From: Candidatus Auribacterota bacterium
GTDB taxonomy: Bacteria > Auribacterota > UBA6266
Direction of reading: 5' to 3'
Assembly (NCBI GenBank): GCA_023136205.1
Contig: JAGLRQ010000015.1
Coordinates: forward strand, 1-5,454
Length of the DNA: 5,454 nucleotides
Below, one piece after another: positions 1 to 5,454 of this stretch. The notes below the pieces were generated by a model. It saw only the letters and a program-made list of their open reading frames with translations. It was not told the DNA's origin and did not search any database. The stretch's first letter is position 1; each line of letters begins with the position of its first letter. The translations under genes were made by a program, and so were the position numbers.

Positions 1-81
1 GCGGCTTGGGATATAAGATTAAGAGTTTTGAAACTAGATGTCATTGGGTTTTAATCGGCACAAAAACAATACAGAAATAAA

Positions 82-795
82 ATGAAAGTCCAGGTACTTT
101 TTAATAATGAAGCAATATCCGGGGATTTATCCGCGGGATGGGGTTTTTCCTGTCTTGTTAATAAACATATTCTATTTGATACAGGAGAAAACGAAGAATA
201 TTTATCCAAGAATATGGAAAACATGGGTATTGATATTCGTGATATAGAAGCGGTCGTTATTTCTCATGACCACTGGGATCATACCGGGGGGTTATGGAAA
301 TTATTAAACGCGAGAAGGGGTTTGAAGGTATATGCCTGCCCCAATTTCAGCCGGAAATTTAACAAAAAAGTCAAGGAATTGAAAGGCAGGCTTATTAAAG
401 CGGATAAATTTACGAAAGTTGCCAAAGGTATATATACGACAGGAGAAATTCAGGGAGAATATAAAGGACAGGGTATGCCTGAACAAGCACTTGTTGTAAA
501 AACAAAAAATGGTATTACCGCGATAACAGGATGTGCTCATCCCGGAATTATAAACATAGTAGGAAAAATTAAAAACGAGTCTCCTTCTGAACAATTTTAT
601 TTAGTATTTGGAGGATTTCACCTGATGAACAAAGATAAACATACCATATCAACTATAGTTGATACATTTAAAGAATTGGGAATTAAAAAAGTCGGGCCTA
701 CACACTGCAGCGGTAAAGAAGCTGAAAAGATTTTTGAAGAAAAATACAAGGATAATTTCATTTCAGTAAAAGCAGGACAGATTTTGGATATTTAA
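82..795 (+). CDS. Cytoplasmic MBL-fold metallo-hydrolase, MJ0301-like subfamily (usually annotated 'MBL fold metallo-hydrolase'; distantly related to the archaeal methanopterin-pathway dihydropteroate-synthase analogue)
   Basis: The 237 aa ORF has no signal peptide. It carries the canonical MBL motif HxHxDH as S-H62-D-H64-W-D66-H67-TGG. Later His motifs are GCAHPG, GGFHL and GPTHCSG. The N-terminus MKVQVLFNN...ILFDTG matches the 'MKITVLVDN...LFDTG' opening I recall for this subfamily. There is no obvious Shine-Dalgarno sequence upstream of ATG 82. Confidence 0.85.
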   Translation: MKVQVLFNNEAISGDLSAGWGFSCLVNKHILFDTGENEEYLSKNMENMGIDIRDIEAVVISHDHWDHTGGLWKLLNARRGLKVYACPNFSRKFNKKVKELKGRLIKADKFTKVAKGIYTTGEIQGEYKGQGMPEQALVVKTKNGITAITGCAHPGIINIVGKIKNESPSEQFYLVFGGFHLMNKDKHTISTIVDTFKELGIKKVGPTHCSGKEAEKIFEEKYKDNFISVKAGQILDI

Positions 796-829
796 AAATA
801 TATTCAAGTAAATTTCCAAGGAGACAGCA

Positions 830-1228
830 ATGTCAACTAATACTCCCGAAGAAAAAGATTTATCAACATACCCTAAGACTATCATTGAGATTGCAAAAAA
901 CCCAAAATACTTTGGCAGAATGAATGATCCAATCGGAAGCGCGGTGATTAAAGGCCCTTGCGGAGATGAAATGGAATTCTACCTCCTTATAGATAATAAT
1001 ATTATACAGGAAGCAAAATTTTACACTAATGGTTGTATTTCAACCATAGTGTGCGGAGAGATTACCGCTCAACTGGCGCAAGGCAAAAATATCAACAACG
1101 CTTTGGGAATTTCCCCAAAACAGATAAAAGAGTTATTGCAGGGATTACCTGAAAACCATAGCCATTGTTCAATCCTGGCCGTCAGCGCTCTCTACAGGGC
1201 AATTGCTGATTACCTGCTAAAAATTTAA
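830..1228 (+). CDS. IscU/NifU N-terminal-domain type iron-sulfur cluster assembly scaffold
   Basis: The 132 aa ORF carries the three scaffold cysteines in their usual contexts: GPC44GD, NGC69IS and H112-C113-SILA. The C-terminal ...AIADY aligns with E. coli IscU (HCSILAEDAIKAAIADY). A GGAGA ribosome-binding site lies 6 nt upstream of the ATG. The gene is 34 nt downstream of the MBL gene, so co-transcription is likely. Confidence 0.85.
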   Translation: MSTNTPEEKDLSTYPKTIIEIAKNPKYFGRMNDPIGSAVIKGPCGDEMEFYLLIDNNIIQEAKFYTNGCISTIVCGEITAQLAQGKNINNALGISPKQIKELLQGLPENHSHCSILAVSALYRAIADYLLKI

Positions 1229-1257
1229 AATAGATATAATTTCTATTTTAAATTTTT
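1227..1257 (+). terminator. Weak candidate intrinsic terminator after the IscU-like gene
   Basis: An 8-bp perfect inverted repeat, AAAATAGA (1227-1234) and TCTATTTT (1242-1249), flanks a 7-nt loop and is followed by AAATTTTT. The stem has only one G:C pair, so predicted stability is low. Confidence 0.25.
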
Positions 1258-1271
1258 CCTATGTAAAATTG

Positions 1272-1289
1272 TTGACAATCGATTATACT
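1272..1289 (+). promoter_or_regulatory. Promoter-like hexamers plus an imperfect Fur-family-like inverted repeat upstream of the metal-uptake block
   Basis: A perfect TTGACA sits at 1272-1277 and TATACT at 1284-1289. Their 6-nt spacing is wrong for a single sigma-70 promoter, and no good -10 lies 16-18 nt after TTGACA. TGACAAT-CG-ATTATAC (1273-1288) contains the perfect palindrome AATCGATT. It resembles the 7-1-7 Fur-family consensus TGATAAT-N-ATTATCA, but with a 2-nt centre and 3 arm mismatches. Confidence 0.25.
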
Positions 1290-1334
1290 ATAGAAAAGTT
1301 TACTTCTGCTATCGATACAGATTTTGGCCTATAA

Positions 1335-1628
1335 ATGCAAATAAAAAAACATATTAAAATTTTTCTCTTCGCAGGCTGTTTCTTCTGCCTTTTTTTCTTC
1401 CTGTTTCAACCCGTTTTACATAATCATCCTGTTGGTGAAGGACATCATGATAAATGCCCTGCTTGTATCTGGGGCCTTGCTACCCTCTCGAATGCTATCC
1501 AGACAGCAATTTTTTTAATATTTCTTGCGGTAGCCTGTTTTATCCTTCGCCGCATTAAAAAACTTACGGGTAAAAACCTTTTTTTCTCTCACTTCTCCCG
1601 GGCACCACCTCTTTGTTGTTCCTTCTAA
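1335..1628 (+). CDS. Small (97 aa) bitopic or two-TM membrane protein with a His/Cys metal-binding-like motif; function unknown
   Basis: It has a Lys-rich N-terminus (MQIKKHIK) and a Phe-rich TM1 at residues 9-28. The loop H29-N-H31-PVGEG-H37-H38-DK-C41-PA-C44 is followed by TM2 at about 55-71. The basic tail RRIKKLTGK... ends in PPLCCSF. Positive charges flank the cytoplasmic sides of both TMs, which fits the positive-inside rule. There is no Shine-Dalgarno sequence, and the region is pyrimidine-rich, which can create false hydrophobic ORFs. Coding status is therefore only moderately supported. Confidence 0.5.
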   Translation: MQIKKHIKIFLFAGCFFCLFFFLFQPVLHNHPVGEGHHDKCPACIWGLATLSNAIQTAIFLIFLAVACFILRRIKKLTGKNLFFSHFSRAPPLCCSF

Positions 1629-1739
1629 TTAGCAATCAAAAAATCTTCTTTTCGCAAAATCAGTTTTTATACAACAGATAAAAAATATTCACAGGCTTAA
1701 TCCATATTGTTTAACAGAAAGATGGTAAAGAAGGTGTAT

Positions 1740-3176
1740 ATGAAAAATAAAAAAATATGTGTTTTTATAAATTCCATTGCTGTGTTTTTGCTGTTTATGC
1801 CCTATGTTTTATCTCAAGAATCAACTTTAACAGAAGGGAAAAACATAAAAGAGGTAAATCATAATGTAGATGAAATTTCAGAATTTAAAAAACAGCTTTT
1901 AGACCTGCAAAAACAGATTATTGAGATGCGGCAAACGCATGAAAAAGAAATCAAAGCCCTGACAACACAAATCAAAGAAATTCAGAAAACCGGAACTGTC
2001 ACAGCGGAAAAAGAGTCGGATGTTAAATCTCTGCGGCATCTTGCGGAAGCAGAAGCGGAGAAAGAAGAATATAAGGAAAAACTGGAAGAAACAATATTCA
2101 AACAAGCCGGACTTGCGTTGCAGAAACTTAACCCGGAAATAAGCATTACAGGTGACATCGTAAATACCTACGCAGCGGATAATTATGCTGACCGGTTCAA
2201 TTTTAATTTCAGAAACCTGGGCATCCATTTTGAAGCGTACATGGATCCTTACACGCGCTTTAAGGCTGCTATTCCGGTTACTACAAGTACGGCTAAAATA
2301 GGCGAAGCTTATTTTACCAGATATGGTGTTATGAATAATGTGAATCTTACCATGGGCAAATTCCGGCAGCAATTCGGTGTCGTTAACCGCTGGCACAAAC
2401 ATGCTCTGGATCAGGTTGATTTTCCGCTGGCACTGCGGCAGATTTTTGGAAGTGGAGGGTTAAACCAAACAGGTGTTTCTTTGGACTGGGCCATGCCACC
2501 TCTCGGAAACTCATCGCAGGAACTTGTATTTCAGGTAACCAATGGCGAGAATGACAGGTTGTTTTCAGGAAATGTTATTGGTATTCCAAGTATGCTGGCT
2601 CATTATAAGAACTACCGTAATCTTTCCAGGGATGTGTACATGGAATTTGGTTTGACAGGCCTTGTTGGATGGAATAGAGAATGGGATGTAAGCTCAGGTA
2701 GTACAACAATTACAAAGGAGGATAGTAAACATACAGCTGTTTATGGTGCTGATTTAAGTTTTCTATGGGAACCTGCTGACAATATGAGATATCGCAACCT
2801 TGAATGGAGAAGCGAGTTATACTGGCTTAATAGAGATATCCTGGCACCGGACAATTCGGGAGCAGACGTTTTGAATTCCTGGGGTGCGTATACCTATCTT
2901 CAGTCCAGAGTAAGTCGTACACTCGATATTGGTACGCGCTTTGACTTTTACAAACCCGATACAAAAACTTATGCCGGTACTCTATCGCCGCTGGCTTATA
3001 CTGAAGATACACATCAATGGCAAATCAGCCCTTATATTACCTGGCATCAGAGTCCTTTTGTGAAATTCCGGCTTGAATATAACCATTTAGAAAGCAAACA
3101 CCTTGAAAAGCCGGAAGACAGAATAATGCTCCAGGCTGTTTTTGCAATAGGGCCCCATAAGCATGAAAGATATTAA
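1740..3176 (+). CDS. Secreted outer-membrane protein: N-terminal periplasmic coiled coil plus C-terminal beta-barrel of about 16 strands (porin-like); putative metal-uptake channel
   Basis: The track ORF starts at TTG 1707. I prefer ATG 1740, which is preceded by AAGAAGG and gives a classic signal peptide, MKNKKICVFINSIAVFLLFMPYVLS|QE. Track residues about 55-131 are K/E/Q-rich heptad-like sequence (ISEFKKQLLDLQKQIIEMRQTHEKEIKALTTQIKEIQK...AEAEAEKEEYKEKLEE). From LNPEISITGDIVNTYAA onward there are about 16 alternating hydrophobic/polar amphipathic segments with aromatic girdle residues. Examples are FNFNFRNLGIHFEAY, VYMEFGLTGLVGWN, AVYGADLSFLWEP, LEWRSELYWLN, WQISPYITWHQS, VKFRLEYNH and IMLQAVFAIG. 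The protein ends in a terminal aromatic (Y). Confidence 0.8.
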   Translation: MKNKKICVFINSIAVFLLFMPYVLSQESTLTEGKNIKEVNHNVDEISEFKKQLLDLQKQIIEMRQTHEKEIKALTTQIKEIQKTGTVTAEKESDVKSLRHLAEAEAEKEEYKEKLEETIFKQAGLALQKLNPEISITGDIVNTYAADNYADRFNFNFRNLGIHFEAYMDPYTRFKAAIPVTTSTAKIGEAYFTRYGVMNNVNLTMGKFRQQFGVVNRWHKHALDQVDFPLALRQIFGSGGLNQTGVSLDWAMPPLGNSSQELVFQVTNGENDRLFSGNVIGIPSMLAHYKNYRNLSRDVYMEFGLTGLVGWNREWDVSSGSTTITKEDSKHTAVYGADLSFLWEPADNMRYRNLEWRSELYWLNRDILAPDNSGADVLNSWGAYTYLQSRVSRTLDIGTRFDFYKPDTKTYAGTLSPLAYTEDTHQWQISPYITWHQSPFVKFRLEYNHLESKHLEKPEDRIMLQAVFAIGPHKHERY

Positions 3177-3194
3177 TACAGGAGGAAATCTGAT

Positions 3195-4259
3195 ATGAAA
3201 AGATTATGGTTTTTAATATATTTAACAGTTGCGGGGATTCTTTTTGTGGGCTGTTTATTCTGTGAAGCAAAAACCCCTCTTAAAGTTGTCACGACACTGC
3301 CTGATTATGCTGTGCTTGCAAAACAAATAGGGAAAGAACGTGTTTCAGTAACTCATATAGTTTACGGGGATCAAGATGCGCATTTTATCCGGCCTAAGCC
3401 CTCTTTCGTAACTGAAATTCGTGACACAGATGTGTTAATAAGCACAGGTTTAGACCTTGAACTGTGGTTACCCACTATTATAAATAAATCAGGTAATACT
3501 CATATCCGCAGCGGACAGAGTGGCTATGTTTCAGCCGCACAGGGTATGAACCTTTTGGAAAAACCAGTGACTATATCGAGGATGGAAGGGGGTGTTCACA
3601 TCTACGGCAATCCACACGTTACCTGCAGTCCCATTAATATGAAGGTTGCTGCTCGTAATATTGCAATAGGGTTGACTAAGAATGATCCCGAGGGGAAAGA
3701 AGCTTATCTGGCAAACCTTAAGAATCTGCTGGATGAGATAGACAAATGCCTTTTTGGTGAAGCGCTTGTTCAGATGCTCGGGGGTGATACTTTATGCAGT
3801 CTGGCTGAAAAAGGAACATTAATCCCCTTTCTCAAAAGGCAAAAGTTGCATGATAAACCGCTTATTGATTATCTAGGCGGCTGGATGAAAAAAATGCTTT
3901 CTATCCGGGGCACTTTTATTGTCACTTATCACAAGAACTGGGTTTATTTTTTAAAGCTATTCGGGCTTAAAGAAGCTGGAACTATAGAGCCAAAGCCGGG
4001 GATCCCCCCTTCACCTAAACATGTGACAAGTCTTGTTGAAATGATGCGAGAGAGAAATATTCAGATTATCCTGGCAGCAAATTACTTTGATGAGCAAAAG
4101 ATTCGAACCATTGCCAACAGGGTAGATGCCAAGGCGGTAATTGTTCCGCTTTACGTTGGCGGTGAAACAGGTGTCAATGACTATTTTCAACTTGTTGATT
4201 GCTGGATTAATGGACTTATTGCCGCGTATCATGAAAAAGGCCCTTTGAGCAGGCAGTAA
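3195..4259 (+). CDS. Periplasmic metal-binding protein of a metal ABC importer (TroA/ZnuA/PsaA family, cluster A-I solute-binding protein)
   Basis: A GGAGG ribosome-binding site precedes the ATG. The signal peptide MKRLWFLIYLTVAGILFVGC has a possible but non-ideal lipobox (FVGC). Family-typical blocks are LKVVTTLPDYA..A..IG, DAH63-F..PKPS, DVLISTGLDLE.WL, GNPH141-V, IVTYH246-KNW.YF...FGL, EPKPGIPPSP and ILAANYFD299-E. The putative ligand set His/His/His/Asp resembles TroA. The gene starts 18 nt after the barrel gene. Confidence 0.9.
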   Translation: MKRLWFLIYLTVAGILFVGCLFCEAKTPLKVVTTLPDYAVLAKQIGKERVSVTHIVYGDQDAHFIRPKPSFVTEIRDTDVLISTGLDLELWLPTIINKSGNTHIRSGQSGYVSAAQGMNLLEKPVTISRMEGGVHIYGNPHVTCSPINMKVAARNIAIGLTKNDPEGKEAYLANLKNLLDEIDKCLFGEALVQMLGGDTLCSLAEKGTLIPFLKRQKLHDKPLIDYLGGWMKKMLSIRGTFIVTYHKNWVYFLKLFGLKEAGTIEPKPGIPPSPKHVTSLVEMMRERNIQIILAANYFDEQKIRTIANRVDAKAVIVPLYVGGETGVNDYFQLVDCWINGLIAAYHEKGPLSRQ

Positions 4260-4278
4260 CACGGAAATGGAGGTTGGA

Positions 4279-5091
4279 ATGTCAGAGACCTTAAGATTCT
4301 TTACAATACAGATTACATTTTTGGCAGTGGTTCTGATTTTACATACTTATCTTGGGCTCCACGTTATTAGGCGGACTATCATCTTTTCGGATCTTGTTCT
4401 CGATCAGCTGGCGGCTTTTGGTGCTTTGGCCGGAATAGGGATAGGAATCCGATATGGAACAGCGGGCTCGTATCTAGTCTCAATGATAGCTGTTCTTTTT
4501 GGCGCTGTGTTGCTTGCGGTAATTAAGCCTAAGAATCGGTTGATACCGAGAGAAGCTGTTATAGGCATTATGTACGCCATGGCCCTTGCGGCATCTCTTC
4601 TTTTAGCGGATAAACTTTCAGGCGGAGAAACTTATGTTACTAAAACCCTTTCAGGTTGTATGTTATGGGTAACCTGGCCTCTTGTTATTATAACAACTGC
4701 TGCTTATACGGTTCTATTATTGTTTCATTACAAATTTCGTCGTAAGTTTATAGGTTTAACCGAAAAAAAACTTGGGATTGGGAAAGAGAAGTTTTGGGAC
4801 TTTTTATTTTTTACTACCCAGGGGATTATTACGGTTCTTGTTGTTCCGATTGCCGGGGTTTTGCTGGCCTATGCGTTTCTTATGATTCCAGCAGCAACCG
4901 TTGCGATGTTTACGAAGAAATGGGGTAGTGCCGTGGCAATTGGATGGGCTATAGGACTTATGGCCTGTTTAATAGGGCTTTTTGCGTCATATTTCTTTGA
5001 TTTCCCTTATGGCCCCAGTTTGGTTTTATCATTAGGGGGGGTTTTCGTCTGTGCTGTGATTATTCGTGCCTTGTTACCACAAAAGGTCTAA
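4279..5091 (+). CDS. ABC-3 family metal ABC transporter permease (ZnuB/TroC-like)
   Basis: The protein is polytopic and hydrophobic, with about 8 TM segments. The motif G-L-H-V-I-R-R-x-x-I-F-S-D aligns with E. coli ZnuB 'FVVWRRMSYFGD', and FLMIPAATVAMF aligns with ZnuB 'LLIIPAATARRF'. The track start is ATG 4267, but GGAGG at 4269-4273 sits 5 nt before ATG 4279, so I prefer 4279 (270 aa). Confidence 0.88.
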   Translation: MSETLRFFTIQITFLAVVLILHTYLGLHVIRRTIIFSDLVLDQLAAFGALAGIGIGIRYGTAGSYLVSMIAVLFGAVLLAVIKPKNRLIPREAVIGIMYAMALAASLLLADKLSGGETYVTKTLSGCMLWVTWPLVIITTAAYTVLLLFHYKFRRKFIGLTEKKLGIGKEKFWDFLFFTTQGIITVLVVPIAGVLLAYAFLMIPAATVAMFTKKWGSAVAIGWAIGLMACLIGLFASYFFDFPYGPSLVLSLGGVFVCAVIIRALLPQKV

Positions 5092-5113
5092 TCCATGGAA
5101 AAAGGAGTTAGCT

Positions 5114-5454
5114 ATGTTGCAGCTCATTCAAATTTTTGGCCAGCCATTTTTAGTTTGTCTGACAATGGTTGTCATTTTGGGGTATATGGGTATCCATGTT
5201 CTCCAGAGGGAGGTAATATTCATCGACATTGCGCTGGCTCAGATTGCAGCAGTGGGTGCTATTGTCGCGCATGTTGCCTTTGGAGTACATGGTGATTCGC
5301 TATTTGGGTATGCCTGCGCATTTGGTTTTACATTGGCAGCATCCGTTTTCTATTCTCTTGTTCGCAGGAAGGTTAATCAGATTCCATTGGAAGCGGTTAT
5401 CGGTGTTTCCTACGCGATTGCTGCCGCGGCAGCGCTCTTTCTGGTTGGTATAGC
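5114..5454 (+). CDS. Second ABC-3 family metal ABC transporter permease (TroD-like paralogue); 5' partial, continues beyond the window
   Basis: This CDS is not in the supplied ORF track. Reading from ATG 5114 (frame 2), with AAAGGAG at 5101-5107, gives 113 stop-free codons: MLQLIQIFGQPFLVCLTMVVILGYMGIHVLQREVIFIDIALAQIAAVGAIVAHVAFGVHGDSLFGYACAFGFTLAASVFYSLVRRKVNQIPLEAVIGVSYAIAAAAALFLVGI. It is clearly paralogous to the upstream permease. Compare GLHVIRRTIIFSDLVLDQLAAFGA with GIHVLQREVIFIDIALAQIAAVGA, and IPREAVIGIMYAMALAASLLL with IPLEAVIGVSYAIAAAAALFL. Confidence 0.85.
   Translation, partial: MLQLIQIFGQPFLVCLTMVVILGYMGIHVLQREVIFIDIALAQIAAVGAIVAHVAFGVHGDSLFGYACAFGFTLAASVFYSLVRRKVNQIPLEAVIGVSYAIAAAAALFLVGI

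Noticed and set aside
304-594. Minus-strand 96 aa ORF inside the MBL gene. The same applies to the minus-strand ORFs at 1899-2402, 2827-3012, 3037-3270 and 4011-4262.
   Set aside because: All lie antisense to plus-strand genes that have clear family motifs. Their translations are low-complexity, Phe/Arg/Cys-rich, and lack recognisable motifs or ribosome-binding sites. They are typical shadow ORFs of AT-rich coding sequence.
1708-1716. Mini-palindrome TGTT-T-AACA just upstream of the barrel gene, vaguely like the TGTTAT...ATAACA core of gammaproteobacterial Zur boxes.
   Set aside because: The arms are only 4 bp, which is expected by chance in AT-rich DNA, and there are no extended flanking matches.
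1707-1739. TTG 1707 (track start) and ATG 1722 as start codons of the barrel protein.
   Set aside because: ATG 1740 is preceded by AAGAAGG at suitable spacing and yields a canonical signal-peptide n-region (MKNKK). The upstream extension adds an atypical basic leader. The choice is not certain, and N-terminal mapping would settle it.
1229-1739. Possibility that the 511-nt region between the IscU-like gene and the barrel gene is a long structured leader or riboswitch (e.g. metal-sensing) rather than coding.
   Set aside because: I could not find conserved riboswitch-like helices or G/C-rich stems. The region holds a 97-codon ORF whose charge and hydrophobicity layout obeys membrane-protein topology rules. 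This is not fully excluded, and the caveat is kept under the small-protein finding.
3998-4007. Perfect 10-bp palindrome GGGGATCCCC inside the binding-protein gene.
   Set aside because: It encodes the family-typical PGIPP segment, so it is explained by coding constraint. There is no partner repeat or flanking structure.
4267-4278. ATG 4267 as the permease start.
   Set aside because: The GGAGG that would serve as the ribosome-binding site (4269-4273) lies inside this extension, 5 nt upstream of ATG 4279. That makes 4279 the more likely start.
5035-5041. G7 homopolymer near the 3' end of permease 1, a possible slipped-strand phase-variation tract.
   Set aside because: The tract is short, encodes Gly-Gly in a TM region, and lies 50 nt from the stop codon. 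There is no evidence of variability from a single sequence, so it could only be assessed with population or long-read data.
5095-5295. Track ORF of 66 aa in frame 1, and track ORF 5229-5453 of 74 aa in frame 3.
   Set aside because: Both overlap the frame-2 reading, which encodes an obvious ABC-3 permease paralogue with a strong Shine-Dalgarno sequence. Their own translations look like out-of-frame noise.
1-5454. Mobile elements, CRISPR arrays, defence systems, tRNA or rRNA genes.
   Set aside because: I recognised no direct or inverted terminal repeats, repeat-spacer periodicity, transposase/integrase/nuclease motifs or RNA-gene signatures. The gene content is coherent metabolism and transport.

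Overview
The window has eight plus-strand genes in two blocks. It looks like an AT-rich, diderm (outer-membrane-bearing) bacterium, but I cannot assign taxonomy from sequence alone.

Block 1 (82-1228) is a cytoplasmic MBL-fold protein of the MJ0301-like type followed by an IscU/NifU-N-type Fe-S scaffold.

Block 2 (1335 to the window end) reads as a metal-acquisition cluster:
- a small two-TM membrane protein with a His/Cys motif
- a signal-peptide protein with a coiled coil followed by a roughly 16-strand beta-barrel
- a TroA/ZnuA-family periplasmic metal-binding protein
- two paralogous ABC-3 (ZnuB/TroCD-type) permeases

The second permease runs off the window edge. It is missing from the supplied ORF track, which lists two spurious ORFs there instead. 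No ABC ATPase gene lies in the window. I saw no rRNA, tRNA, CRISPR array, transposase/integrase or long repeats.

The parts most worth follow-up are the His/Cys mini-protein and the coiled-coil barrel, both physically coupled to the importer, plus atypical features of the binding protein and permeases. All family assignments come from motif recognition by eye and need HMM or structure confirmation.
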